From assembly GCA_964497405.1 (NCBI GenBank), contig CAZCDD010000001.1, positions 1 to 43,053 on the forward strand: a stretch of DNA of 43,053 bases, written 5' to 3'. This stretch comes from an uncultured Hydromonas sp. Lineage in GTDB: Bacteria; Pseudomonadota; Gammaproteobacteria; Burkholderiales; Burkholderiaceae. The notes below the pieces were generated by a model. The model had not been told where the DNA came from and made no database searches. It saw only the letters and a list, made by a program, of their open reading frames with translations. Shown piece after piece: positions 1-9,540 of the stretch (the first letter of the stretch is position 1; each line of letters opens with the position of its first letter). The translations under genes and the position numbers were made by a program.

Positions 1-2
1 TC

Positions 3-455
3 ATGCAAATTATTTTATTGGAAAAAGTATTGAACGTTGGTCAATTGGGCGACGTGGTTAAAGTCAAAGATGGCTACGCACGTAACTATTTGATCCCTCA
101 AGGTAAAGCACGCCGTGCGACCAAAACCGCTATGGCTGAATTCGAAGCGCGCCGTGCTGAGTTGGAAAAAGCTCAAGCTGAAAAATTGGCAGCAGCGCAA
201 GCGGTTGCTGAAAAAATGACCGATTTGAGCATCGAAATCGCTTCTAAAGCGGGTGTGGATGGTCGTTTGTTCGGCTCGATCACCAACGCAGACATCGCTG
301 AAGCACTGAAAGTCAAAGGCTTTGAAGTGAACAAATCACAAGTTCGTGTGGTTGAAGGCAATGTGAAAGCCGTTGGCGCGTACTCAGTAGCAGTTGCCTT
401 GTTCACTGACGTGAACGCGACGATCGCTTTGAACGTTGTGCCAGAAGTTGCTTAA
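3..455 (+). CDS. rplI: 50S ribosomal protein L9
   Basis: 150-aa ORF. The N-terminus [31 protein letters not shown] is the conserved L9 N-domain. A hairpin terminator follows. Confidence 0.95.
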   Translation: MQIILLEKVLNVGQLGDVVKVKDGYARNYLIPQGKARRATKTAMAEFEARRAELEKAQAEKLAAAQAVAEKMTDLSIEIASKAGVDGRLFGSITNADIAEALKVKGFEVNKSQVRVVEGNVKAVGAYSVAVALFTDVNATIALNVVPEVA

Positions 456-529
456 TTGACTGCCTGCGCGTTGAGTCAGACGTAGCTCAATACGATGACG
501 GTTGCCGTGTGATTTGACCGCTCATCCTC

Positions 530-562
530 AAAAACCCCGTTGTTGTTCAACGGGGTTTTTGT
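530..562 (+). terminator. Rho-independent terminator after rplI
   Basis: Stem CCCCGTT (535-541) pairs with AACGGGG (549-555), followed by a T-run at 556-560. An A-run precedes the stem. Confidence 0.8.
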
Positions 563-699
563 ATGCGCACACGAGGTAGGCCTCAAGCGTAGCTTCGTGT
601 GTCATTTTTTCGCTCGATGCTTTGTTCGGTCGATTTTCAACGGCAATGCGCAGAGCATTTTATGAGCGGTAATTTGCCGCGACATTGCGGGGCTTTACG

Positions 700-728
700 T
701 TGTGTTTATGTCGGTGCATGGCTATAAT
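700..728 (+). promoter_or_regulatory. putative sigma70 promoter for ptsN-hprK-rapZ
   Basis: TTGTGT (700-705), 17-nt spacer, TATAAT (723-728), about 45 nt upstream of the ptsN ATG. Confidence 0.45.
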
Positions 729-774
729 GCACCATTACTTTGTGTGTATTTTTCTTATTCATTAAAGGCAGATT

Positions 775-1248
775 ATGAATTTACTTGCCAAATTATTACC
801 GACCCAGAATATTGAGCTGAAAATTGATGCGTCCAGTAAAAAACGGGTGTTTGAGTACGCCTCCATTTTGTTTGAAAACAATCAGGGTGTGGAGCGTTCA
901 AAGGTGTTTGATAGCTTATTGGCGCGTGAGCGCCTCGGCTCAACTGCGCTGGGCAAGGGCGTGGCGATTCCACACGGACGCATCAAAGGTTTGAAAGAGG
1001 CGGTTGCTGCGGTCATCAGCGTGAATACCCCTGTGGCGTTTGATGCGCCGGATGCTTTGCCCGTCAGTTTGATGGTGTTTCTATTGGTGCCGGAGCAAGC
1101 GACGCAGCAGCATCTGGAGATTTTATCGGAGCTGGCTGAGTTCTTGAGTGATAAAACCAATCGTGAGGCGCTGATGTCGGCGGATTCGGCGGGGGCGGTA
1201 CTGCAATTGGTGCAGACTTGGGAGCCGGCTCGTCGCAGTTTGGCTTAA
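775..1248 (+). CDS. ptsN: nitrogen-related PTS EIIA component (EIIA-Ntr)
   Basis: 157 aa. Contains the EIIA-Ntr signature region LGSTALGKGVAIPHGR with the phosphorylatable His. Lies directly upstream of hprK and rapZ. Confidence 0.9.
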   Translation: MNLLAKLLPTQNIELKIDASSKKRVFEYASILFENNQGVERSKVFDSLLARERLGSTALGKGVAIPHGRIKGLKEAVAAVISVNTPVAFDAPDALPVSLMVFLLVPEQATQQHLEILSELAEFLSDKTNREALMSADSAGAVLQLVQTWEPARRSLA

Positions 1249-1272
1249 ACATACCCTTCAACTGGATTTGGC

Positions 1273-2238
1273 ATGCAATCAATCGCAACTTTATACAATG
1301 ATGTGTCTGCTCCGCTGGGATTGAAATGGCGTGCAGGGCTGGATGGTGCGTTTCGCATCCTGTCTGATTCGCATGCCGGTTCTGCGGAATTGGTCGGGCA
1401 TTTGAATTTGATTCATGCTTCGCGTATTCAGATCATCGGTCAGGCGGAAAGTGATTTTTTTGATCGCTTGAGTGAGCATCGCCGACTGGAATATTTGAAT
1501 GATTTTTTGCACTATGGCCAACCGCCGGCTGTGATGATGGCCGATGGCGTGGAGGCACCAGACTTTTTGGTTCAGTGGTGTGAGCAGCATGTGATTGCGT
1601 TGTTTTGTACGGCGGAGAGCTCGGCGCGGGTCATTGAGTATCTGCGCGTGTATTTTAACCGCTTGTTTGCTGAGCGTTGCTCGCGCCACGGCGTGTTGAT
1701 GGATGTACTGGGTGTGGGCGTGTTGATTTCGGGTGAGTCGGGATTGGGTAAATCGGAGTTGGCACTGGAGTTAATCTCGCGTGGTCATGGTTTAGTAGCA
1801 GATGATCAGGTAGACTTTGCTCGTGTGGCTCCGGACTTTATTGAAGGACGTTGCCCACCGTTGTTGCAAAATTTGCTGGAAGTACGCGGGATTGGTTTGC
1901 TCGATATCAAAACCATTTTTGGGGAAACGGCGGTACGCCGAAAAATCAAGCTGCGACTGATTACCCAGCTGATTCGACGCAATGAGATGGATACCAAGTA
2001 CGAGCGTTTGCCGATGCAGCATTTGACCGAAAATGTGCTGGGTGTGGATATTCATAAAGTCGTTTTGCCGGTCGCCGCGGGGCGTAACTTGGCGGTTTTG
2101 GTCGAAGCCGCAGTGCGCGATACGGTGTTGAAACTGCGCGGGATTAACACCTTGCAGGAGTTTATGCAGCGTCAGCGACAGGCGATGGACGAAACGCGCT
2201 TGGATCGATCCAATCATAATATTCAAGGTGAAATTTAG
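1273..2238 (+). CDS. hprK: HPr kinase/phosphorylase
   Basis: 321 aa. Walker A GESGLGKSE followed by LISRGHGLVADD, the HprK signature. Confidence 0.9.
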   Translation: MQSIATLYNDVSAPLGLKWRAGLDGAFRILSDSHAGSAELVGHLNLIHASRIQIIGQAESDFFDRLSEHRRLEYLNDFLHYGQPPAVMMADGVEAPDFLVQWCEQHVIALFCTAESSARVIEYLRVYFNRLFAERCSRHGVLMDVLGVGVLISGESGLGKSELALELISRGHGLVADDQVDFARVAPDFIEGRCPPLLQNLLEVRGIGLLDIKTIFGETAVRRKIKLRLITQLIRRNEMDTKYERLPMQHLTENVLGVDIHKVVLPVAAGRNLAVLVEAAVRDTVLKLRGINTLQEFMQRQRQAMDETRLDRSNHNIQGEI

Positions 2239-2262
2239 GGTTTAAACCTCGGGTGAGCAATC

Positions 2263-3144
2263 ATGAATTTGGTATTGATTACGGGATTATCGGGCTCGGG
2301 TAAAAGCGTGGCCTTGCGTCATTTGGAAGATGTGGGTTATTACTGCGTGGATAATCTGCCGGCGAATTTACTCGAGCCGTTGATCGAGGAAATGAATCGC
2401 ACCACGCATCCTCATTTGGCCATTAGCATTGATGCGCGCTCTTCGGCGGACTTTGAAAAGCTGCATGATCAAATCGTCGCACTGCGGGCGCAGGGGCGAG
2501 AGGTGCACAGCCTTTTTCTCACCGCCAGCGATCAAGCATTGATTCAGCGCTATTCAGAAACGCGTCGGCGCCATCCGCTGTCGCGACTCAGTCAGACCGA
2601 TGCGGATCAGTCACTCAAAGACAGCATTGATTTGGAACGCACCCGACTCACACCGTTGATTGCGGTGTCGGCGGTGATTGATACCAGTCAGCTCAAGGCC
2701 AAACAGTTGCAACGTTATATTCATGATGTCTTGAACTTATCCAATGCTGGTCTGACGGTGCTGTTTCAATCGTTTGGTTTCAAACATGGTCTGCCGCTGG
2801 ATGCGGACTTTGTCTTTGATGCGCGTTGCTTGCCCAACCCCTTTTATGATCATGAGTTGCGTCCATTGACAGGCTTAGATGCGCCCGTACAGGCGTTTTT
2901 GCAAGCGCAGTCGGATACGGCGTTATTGATCGACGATATTGAGCAATTTGTCATGCGCTGGCTGCCACGGTTTGAACAGGATGACCGCAGCTATCTCACC
3001 ATAGCGATCGGCTGTACCGGGGGGCAACATCGCTCCGTGTATATTGCACAAACTTTAGCGGAACGCATGATTGCCAGTGGTTTTCGCCGAGAAAACCAAG
3101 TGCTGGTGCGCCACCGCACCATGAAAACGCACGAGTCCCATTAA
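2263..3144 (+). CDS. rapZ: RNase adapter protein RapZ (YhbJ family P-loop protein)
   Basis: 293 aa. N-terminus MNLVLITGLSGSGKSVALRHLEDVGYYCVDNLP and C-terminal GCTGGQHRSV motif, both typical of RapZ. Confidence 0.9.
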   Translation: MNLVLITGLSGSGKSVALRHLEDVGYYCVDNLPANLLEPLIEEMNRTTHPHLAISIDARSSADFEKLHDQIVALRAQGREVHSLFLTASDQALIQRYSETRRRHPLSRLSQTDADQSLKDSIDLERTRLTPLIAVSAVIDTSQLKAKQLQRYIHDVLNLSNAGLTVLFQSFGFKHGLPLDADFVFDARCLPNPFYDHELRPLTGLDAPVQAFLQAQSDTALLIDDIEQFVMRWLPRFEQDDRSYLTIAIGCTGGQHRSVYIAQTLAERMIASGFRRENQVLVRHRTMKTHESH

Positions 3145-3172
3145 AAAATCGCTCCGCAGGAGCGATTTTTTA
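3143..3172. terminator. bidirectional Rho-independent terminator (rapZ / MFS convergent pair)
   Basis: ATCGCTCC (3148-3155) pairs with GGAGCGAT (3159-3166). It is flanked by an A-run on one side and a T-run on the other. Confidence 0.8.
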
Positions 3173-3183
3173 TAGATGCTGGC

Positions 3184-4434
3184 TCAATGATGCGCGTCGT
3201 GTGAGCCCAAGTGCAGCGGTAAATGCTGCTCGGTCCAAAAAATCGTAGCCAATACCAGCAGGCCGATGAGCCAATACCCCAAGGCCAGCGGCAGCACCGT
3301 GCCATTGAACGCTTGTCCGATGATGCTGCCCAAAATCGCACCGATTAAGCTGGTGTAGAACCCTGTCCAAGAGGATGCCGAGCCGGCAATCGCACGCATC
3401 GGCTCCAGAGAAATTGTATTGAAATTCGGCATCATAATGCTGAAGCAAAATAAACTGGTAGCCAATAACGGCGCAAATAACGCCAATGGCGGATGTCCCT
3501 TAAACAGCCAAGCCGTCAAACTCAAAATACTGGTTGATGCCAAAAACAGCCACAGCGCCGTATGTGCCATGCGCCGCATGCCAAAGCGTGCGACCAAGCG
3601 CGAATTGGTAAACGCGGCCAAGCCCATGGAGGCCGCAATCGCACCGAACATCAACGGGAAATGCTCGCCGAGGTGATACACATCGCGTTGGAAAATCTGC
3701 TCGGACGAGCCGATGTAGGCCATCAGCACCCCTTGCATCATACCGACGGCGGTGGCGTAGCCAAAGGTTGAGCGGTTGTGCACGCATTGCTTGAGGCTGT
3801 CCCACATACTCGCCACGGAAATCGGACGGCGGAAATTCGGATCCAGTGTTTCCGGCATACGAGAGATGAACCAAGTGCCCAACACCAGCGCATACAGCAA
3901 CAAGCCCCAAAAAATACTGTGCCATTCAAAGCGAAACAGCAACAATTGACCCAAGCTCGGCGCAATGATCGGCACGATGATGAACACCATCATAATCATC
4001 GACATCACCTGCGACATCCCGTGCCCTGAAAACCGATCGCGCACCATCGCGGCGGTGAGCACGCGCATGGACGCGAGGCCAATGCCTTGCAGCACACGCA
4101 TGGCCAACAAAAATTCGAAGCTGGGCGAGAGCGCCGCGCCGATGGAGGCGGTGGCAAAAATCCCCAGTCCGAGCAAGACGATGGGGCGGCGGCCAAAATA
4201 ATCGCCGAGCGCACCATAAATCAACTGGGCGATCGAAAAGCCGATCATATAGGCATAAACCACCCACTGAATATGGTTCGCCTGTTCGGCGACCAAGCCA
4301 AAATCATTCGCCATGCGCGGAAAAGCGGGCAGCATGGTGTCGATGGATAGGGCGCCAATCGCCATCATCAAGGCAATCAGGATGATGAATTCGAGGCGAC
4401 CGATGTGTTCGTTGGGATAGGTTTTAAACGGCAA
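3184..4434 (-). CDS. MFS transporter, Bcr/CflA drug-resistance family
   Basis: 416 aa with about 12 hydrophobic segments. N-terminal IALMMAIGALSIDTMLPAFPRMANDFG resembles Bcr/CflA. The only available start is TTG at 4434. Confidence 0.8.
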   Translation of the reverse strand: MPFKTYPNEHIGRLEFIILIALMMAIGALSIDTMLPAFPRMANDFGLVAEQANHIQWVVYAYMIGFSIAQLIYGALGDYFGRRPIVLLGLGIFATASIGAALSPSFEFLLAMRVLQGIGLASMRVLTAAMVRDRFSGHGMSQVMSMIMMVFIIVPIIAPSLGQLLLFRFEWHSIFWGLLLYALVLGTWFISRMPETLDPNFRRPISVASMWDSLKQCVHNRSTFGYATAVGMMQGVLMAYIGSSEQIFQRDVYHLGEHFPLMFGAIAASMGLAAFTNSRLVARFGMRRMAHTALWLFLASTSILSLTAWLFKGHPPLALFAPLLATSLFCFSIMMPNFNTISLEPMRAIAGSASSWTGFYTSLIGAILGSIIGQAFNGTVLPLALGYWLIGLLVLATIFWTEQHLPLHLGSHDAHH

Positions 4435-4478
4435 GGGAACTACTTTCTATGGTGGGTGTTCAATCAAGTGGTTGCTGC

Positions 4479-5531
4479 TCAGGGGTTTGGTATGGATTCG
4501 TGGCTGACCAAGGCCGCATGCGTTAATTGTGCCATCATTTCGATGTGCGCGGGCTCGGTGTTCAAACACGGGATGTAGCGATAGCCCTGACCGCCCTTGT
4601 CCAAAAATACCGCCTTGAGCTGGTGCGCGACTTCCTCCAAGGTTTCCAAACAGTCGGCGGAAAAGCCTGGGCAGAGCACATCCACGCGGCGCGTGCCCGA
4701 TTGTGCCAATTGCGTGAGCCTATCGATGGAATACGGTTGTAGCCATTTTTGCGCACCAAAACGCGATTGGTAGGACATCAATACGGCATCGCTCGGCAGA
4801 TTAAGCGCCGCAGTTAATGCGGCACTCAAGGCGCGGTGCGTGGCTTCGCATTGCGCTTGGTAGGGATCGCCGCGACGCACATTGCGCTCGGGAATGCCGT
4901 GGAAACTGAGCAGAAGTTTATCACCTTGGGCAAAATCGGGCTGACCGTGCGCTTGCCAATAGCGTTGAATCGACTGAGCCAAAGCCGCAATATACGCCGG
5001 ATGCTCAGGGTAGTCGCGCACCGTGTGCGTGGTGAGCGATAATTTCTGCGCGATGATTTGACGCTCGACTTCCTCCAGTGCCGTTTCTGTGGTGGTCAGT
5101 GAGTATTGCGGGTACAGCGGCAGCAGCACCACGCGGTCCATGCCATCATGCGCGATTTGCCGGAGCACCGAGGCGATGGACGGATTTTGGTAGCGCATCG
5201 TCCAGTACACGCGCAGATGATTCAGGTTGTTTTGGCTGAAATAATCTTGCAGGGCTTCAGCCTGTGCCTGCGTGATGGCCTTGAGCGGTGCGCCGTTTTC
5301 AGGTGCAACCTCGTGATTCCAAATCATTTCATACAACGGTACCAGTCGCGCCGGACGGCGACGCAAAATGATGCCGTTCAAAATCGGTGACCACAGCCAT
5401 TTGGGTAAATCCACCACGCGCCGGTCGCTTAAAAATTCACGCAAATAACGCGCAATCGCCGGTGCGGTCGGCGCGTCGGGCGAGCCGAGGTTGATCAGTA
5501 GAACAGCGGTTTTTGAGTGGTTTGGGGTCAT
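4479..5531 (-). CDS. hemH: ferrochelatase
   Basis: The N-terminus TAVLLINLGSPDAPT..IARYLREFLSDRRVV matches ferrochelatase. I prefer the ATG at 5531 (MTPNHSK); the ORF extends to a TTG at 5546, which would overlap the hrcA stop. Confidence 0.9.
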   Translation of the reverse strand: MTPNHSKTAVLLINLGSPDAPTAPAIARYLREFLSDRRVVDLPKWLWSPILNGIILRRRPARLVPLYEMIWNHEVAPENGAPLKAITQAQAEALQDYFSQNNLNHLRVYWTMRYQNPSIASVLRQIAHDGMDRVVLLPLYPQYSLTTTETALEEVERQIIAQKLSLTTHTVRDYPEHPAYIAALAQSIQRYWQAHGQPDFAQGDKLLLSFHGIPERNVRRGDPYQAQCEATHRALSAALTAALNLPSDAVLMSYQSRFGAQKWLQPYSIDRLTQLAQSGTRRVDVLCPGFSADCLETLEEVAHQLKAVFLDKGGQGYRYIPCLNTEPAHIEMMAQLTHAALVSHESIPNP

Positions 5532-5538
5532 AAATGGA

Positions 5539-6570
5539 TTAAGCAAAATTTTGCATTGCGCGTGAAAGGAGTTTGGCGGTCACATCCACCAATGGAATCA
5601 CGCGATCATACGCCATGCGTGACGGGCCGATCACGCCGAGCGTGCCGATGACTTGATTGTTCACGGTGTACGGCGCAGAGATCAGTGAGACGCCATCAAA
5701 CGGCAGGGTGTCGGACTCACCGCCGATGAATACCTGAATACCGCCGGCGGTGCGCGTTTGCTCCAGCAGTTGCAGCAGGCGGGTTTTTTCGTCGAACAGG
5801 TCAAACGTCATGCGCAGCCGTTCCATATTATTGGCAAACTCACTCACATCCAGCAGGTGACGCTCGCCTTTGACGATCAGCGTTTCGTCGTCGGCTGGTT
5901 CGCTTTGAGTCGGCGTGACGGCCTGTTGCATGAGTATGGAAACATCGCGTTGCAGATGATTGAGCTCGCGCATCAATTCGAGGCGAATGTGATCAAAGGT
6001 TTTGCCCGCAAAGTGCGTGTTCAGATAGTTGGCTGCTGAAACCAATTGGCTGGGCGTATAAGTGTGTGCTAACTGCAATAGGCGGTTTTGAATATCGCCT
6101 TCCGGTGTCACCAGTACCACCAGAATACGGTTTGGCGAGAGTTGCAGGAAATCAATTTGACCGAAGACCTGCGAGCGCTTGGGCGTGGCAATGATGCCCG
6201 CAAAGTGTGAGAGCTGCGAGAGTGTCTGAGCCGCATGATTCGCCATACGGGTCGGGGTGTCGGCTGCAAACGCGGTCAACTCGCGTTCGGACAAACTCGC
6301 CGATTCATCCGCAGAGAATTGCCCCGCCGTCATCATCGCATCAACGAAAAAGCGATAGCCTGCCGGCGTCGGAATGCGTCCGGCGGAGGTGTGTGGGCTG
6401 GTGATAAAGCCCAGATGCTCCAACTCGGCCATGACATTGCGCACGGTGGCGGGCGAGAGCGACAGCCCCGCGCTGTGCGTGAGCGCTTGCGAACCCACAG
6501 GGGTTCCCTGTGCGATGTATTGGTGAACCAAGGTGGTCAGCAGGCGGCTGGCACGTTCGTCTAAACTCAT
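5539..6570 (-). CDS. hrcA: heat-inducible transcription repressor HrcA
   Basis: The track ORF is 430 aa, but HrcA homology starts at MSLDERASRLLTTLVHQYIAQGTPVGSQAL (ATG at 6570), giving 343 aa. The upstream 87 codons are Cys-rich and look non-coding. Confidence 0.9.
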   Translation of the reverse strand: MSLDERASRLLTTLVHQYIAQGTPVGSQALTHSAGLSLSPATVRNVMAELEHLGFITSPHTSAGRIPTPAGYRFFVDAMMTAGQFSADESASLSERELTAFAADTPTRMANHAAQTLSQLSHFAGIIATPKRSQVFGQIDFLQLSPNRILVVLVTPEGDIQNRLLQLAHTYTPSQLVSAANYLNTHFAGKTFDHIRLELMRELNHLQRDVSILMQQAVTPTQSEPADDETLIVKGERHLLDVSEFANNMERLRMTFDLFDEKTRLLQLLEQTRTAGGIQVFIGGESDTLPFDGVSLISAPYTVNNQVIGTLGVIGPSRMAYDRVIPLVDVTAKLLSRAMQNFA

Positions 6571-6718
6571 GGTGTGGGTGTGAACAGCAAAGCTTGAATA
6601 TAAAGCTGCATTGTAGCAAACTGCATCGCTCATCGTCCTAATCATTGTCATTAACAATTGGCATTGACAATACGCGAAAGCCAGTGATAGCCTGCACCTA
6701 TTTATCACACAGGCACTT

Positions 6719-7381
6719 ATGAAAAAAATCACCTTGCTATCATGGAGCAGCGGCAAAGACAGCGCATGGGCGCTGCATACCCTGCGCCAAGATCCCGAGA
6801 TCGAACTGGTTGGATTGTTTTGTACGGTCAATCAGGCGTTCAGCCGCGTTGCCATGCACGGCGTGCGCACCGAGCTGCTGCAACGGCAAGCAGAGGCGGC
6901 CGGTTTGCCGCTGCACATCATTTACATCCCCTATCCATGCAGCAATGAGCAATACGCACAGGTTATGAGCGAATTCGTCGAGCAGGCTAAAGGGGATGGT
7001 GTGACGCATTTTGCCTTTGGTGATCTTTTTCTGGAGGACGTGCGCCGCTACCGCGAAGAGCGTATGCAAGGCACGGGCATCACGCCGATCTTCCCGTTGT
7101 GGGGTGCGAATACCGCCGAGCTGTCGCAAACCATGCTCGCCGCTGGTTTGAAATCTGTCTTGACCTGCGTCAATCCCAAACAACTGCCTAAAGAATTCGC
7201 CGGACGTACCTTTGATGCGGCATTGTTGCGCGATCTGCCGCAGGACGTGGATCCGTGTGGGGAAAATGGCGAGTTTCACAGCTTTGCGTTTGCCGGACCG
7301 ATGTTTGCGCAGCCGATACCGTTCACCATCGGCGAAACCGTGGAGCGCGATGGCTTTGTGTTTACTGATTTAGTGCCGTGA
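6719..7381 (+). CDS. Dph6-related ATP pyrophosphatase (adenine nucleotide alpha-hydrolase, MJ0570 family)
   Basis: 220 aa. The N-terminal SWSSGKDS PP-loop motif and overall layout resemble the diphthine-ammonia ligase-like family. Confidence 0.7.
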   Translation: MKKITLLSWSSGKDSAWALHTLRQDPEIELVGLFCTVNQAFSRVAMHGVRTELLQRQAEAAGLPLHIIYIPYPCSNEQYAQVMSEFVEQAKGDGVTHFAFGDLFLEDVRRYREERMQGTGITPIFPLWGANTAELSQTMLAAGLKSVLTCVNPKQLPKEFAGRTFDAALLRDLPQDVDPCGENGEFHSFAFAGPMFAQPIPFTIGETVERDGFVFTDLVP

Positions 7382-7394
7382 TAGAGGGCAAATC

Positions 7395-8432
7395 ATGTTA
7401 TTAAACGACTATTTGGGCATACGCCTGCCGTTGATTCAAGCGCCGATGGCGGGCATACAAGGCAGCGCGATGACCGTAGCGGTGTCCAATGTGGGTGCGC
7501 TCGGTTCATTGCCTTGCGGGATGTTGTCGCAGGAGGAGCTGCGCATCGAACTGACGGCGATTCGGGTGCAGACCGATCAGCCGTTCAATGTGAATTTTTT
7601 CTGCCATGCATCGCCCACAGTGGACGAAGCGACGATGCACGCGTGGCGCGCAGCGTTGCAACCGTATTACGACGAGTTGGGTTTGTCCCTCAATCCGATC
7701 AGCAGTAGCCCCAGCCGTGTGCCGTTTGACGCGGCATTCGCCGAAATTTTGAGCGAATACAAACCGCCGGTGGTGAGCTTTCACTTTGGCTTGCCGTCCG
7801 AAGATTTGCTGCGCTATGTGCGCTCGTGGGGCGCGAAAATCATGTCCTCGGCGACAACGGTCGCGGAGGCGGTTTGGCTGGAGCAGCACGGCGCGGATGT
7901 CATCATCGCTCAGGGCTTGGAAGCGGGCGGGCATCGTGGAATGTTTCTGAGCGACGATTTGAGCACGCAGTTGGGCACATTGCCTTTGCTGTCGCGTATC
8001 TTGCAGGCCGTGCGTGTACCTGTGGTTGCGGCGGGTGGAATCGCTGATGCGCAGGGCGTGGCGGCGATGATGCGGCTCGGCGCGGCGGGTGTACAGGTCG
8101 GTACGGCGTATATGCTGTGCGATGAGGCCAAAACCAGCGCGCTGCATCGAGCGGCGTTATCGGGTGCGGGGGCAGAACATACGGCGCTGACCAATCTGCT
8201 TTCGGGTCGTCCGGCGCGTGGCCTCGTCAATCGCCTGATGCGTGAACTGGGCGCGATGAGTTCGGTTGCGCCACCATTTCCGCTGGCAACGGCGGATGTC
8301 GCGCCGCTGCGCGCGCGGGCAGAAGCGAGTGGTAGTGGTGATTTTTCACCGCTGTGGGCGGGGCAAAATACCCTCGGCTGTCGCGCCATACCTGCGGCAG
8401 AGTTGACTGCGCAATTGTGTGATGGGCTTTAA
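7395..8432 (+). CDS. nitronate monooxygenase (2-nitropropane dioxygenase family, FMN-dependent)
   Basis: 345 aa. LPLIQAPMAGIQGS near the N-terminus and AQGLEAGGHRG are typical NMO motifs. SD GAGGG upstream. Confidence 0.85.
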   Translation: MLLNDYLGIRLPLIQAPMAGIQGSAMTVAVSNVGALGSLPCGMLSQEELRIELTAIRVQTDQPFNVNFFCHASPTVDEATMHAWRAALQPYYDELGLSLNPISSSPSRVPFDAAFAEILSEYKPPVVSFHFGLPSEDLLRYVRSWGAKIMSSATTVAEAVWLEQHGADVIIAQGLEAGGHRGMFLSDDLSTQLGTLPLLSRILQAVRVPVVAAGGIADAQGVAAMMRLGAAGVQVGTAYMLCDEAKTSALHRAALSGAGAEHTALTNLLSGRPARGLVNRLMRELGAMSSVAPPFPLATADVAPLRARAEASGSGDFSPLWAGQNTLGCRAIPAAELTAQLCDGL

Positions 8433-8479
8433 GCTCTGTTTGCCCGTGATTTGAATCGGGTTTAGAAAAGGACTATATC

Positions 8480-9469
8480 ATGATCTACCAAGCAGATACG
8501 AATCGCTACCATGACATGCAATACCGCCGTTGTGGTCGCAGTGGTTTGAAACTACCGGCGATTTCGCTCGGGCTGTGGCACAACTTTGGTGGTGTGGATA
8601 CGTTTGAGCACTACAGGCAAACGCTGCGCACGGCGTTTGATTCTGGGGTGACGCATTTTGACTTGGCGAATAATTATGGCCCGCCGCCTGGCTCGGCAGA
8701 GGAGAATTTCGGTGCGTTGCTTCAGCGTGATTTTGCGCCGTATCGGGATGAGCTGATTATTTCATCCAAAGCGGGCTATACCATGTGGGACGGGCCGTAC
8801 GGTGATTTTGGCTCGAAAAAGTATTTGGTCGCGAGTTTGGATCAAAGTCTGCAACGCATGGGGCTGGATTATGTCGATATTTTTTATCATCATCGGCCTG
8901 ATCCGGATACACCGCTGTATGAAACCATGAGCGCGCTGGATTTGCTGGTGCGACAGGGCAAGGCGCTGTACGTTGGTTTGTCGAATTATCCCGCGCCATT
9001 GGCGGCGCAGGCGATGAATCTGCTGCGTGAGCTGGGTACGCCGTGCTTGATTCATCAGCCGCGTTACTCGATGTTCGATCGTTGGGTGGAGGGCGGTTTG
9101 CTGGATGTGCTGGCGGATCAGGGCGTCGGCTGCATTCCGTTTTCACCGTTGGCGCAGGGCATGCTGACGAACCGTTATTTGAACGGAATTCCGGCAGATT
9201 CGCGCGCGGCCAAGGCGCATGGCTTTTTAAAAACCGAGCAGATTACCGAGGCGCGCTTGGTGCAGATTCGCGCGTTAAATGAGCTGGCTCTCTCCCGTGG
9301 GCAGAGCTTGGCACAAATGGCGCTGGCATGGCTGCTCAAAAATCCGCGCGTGACGTCGGTTTTGGTCGGTGCGAGCAGCGCGACGCAGTTGCGCGATTCG
9401 TTAGCATGTTTGGCGCGCTTGGATTTTGCGGCGGATGAGTTGAACGCCATCGAAACGATTTTGGCTTAA
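8480..9469 (+). CDS. gpr: aldo/keto reductase, L-glyceraldehyde-3-phosphate reductase (YghZ-like)
   Basis: 329 aa, nearly collinear with remembered E. coli YghZ: YRRCGRSGLKLPAISLGLWHNFG, THFDLANNYGPPPGSAEENFG, YRDELIISSKAGY. Confidence 0.85.
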   Translation: MIYQADTNRYHDMQYRRCGRSGLKLPAISLGLWHNFGGVDTFEHYRQTLRTAFDSGVTHFDLANNYGPPPGSAEENFGALLQRDFAPYRDELIISSKAGYTMWDGPYGDFGSKKYLVASLDQSLQRMGLDYVDIFYHHRPDPDTPLYETMSALDLLVRQGKALYVGLSNYPAPLAAQAMNLLRELGTPCLIHQPRYSMFDRWVEGGLLDVLADQGVGCIPFSPLAQGMLTNRYLNGIPADSRAAKAHGFLKTEQITEARLVQIRALNELALSRGQSLAQMALAWLLKNPRVTSVLVGASSATQLRDSLACLARLDFAADELNAIETILA

Positions 9470-9475
9470 ATCTCC

Positions 9476-9511
9476 GGCACGCGCGCACGTCAGGCGGCGT
9501 GCCGATTGTTT
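9476..9511 (+). terminator. hairpin after the aldo/keto reductase gene
   Basis: GGCACGC (9476-9482) pairs with GCGTGCC (9497-9503), followed by GATTGTTT. It overlaps the proposed nadK -35. Confidence 0.45.
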
Positions 9512-9534
9512 CGGCTGACGCAATGCTTTACAAT
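9506..9534 (+). promoter_or_regulatory. putative sigma70 promoter for nadK-recN
   Basis: TTGTTT (9506-9511), 17-nt spacer, TACAAT (9529-9534). The -10 ends 6 nt before the nadK ATG, which predicts a leaderless mRNA. Confidence 0.45.
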
Positions 9535-9540
9535 GCGCGC

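Noticed and set aside
6571-6718. Search for a CIRCE element (TTAGCACTC-N9-GAGTGCTAA) upstream of hrcA
   Set aside because: No match was seen. Only an unrelated 7-bp inverted repeat ATTGTCA...TGACAAT (about 6644-6671) and a TACAAT -10 on the minus strand are present.
6571-6831. 87-codon N-terminal extension of the hrcA ORF
   Set aside because: HrcA homology begins at the ATG at 6570. The extension is Cys-rich and overlaps the divergent promoter region and the start of the Dph6-like gene.
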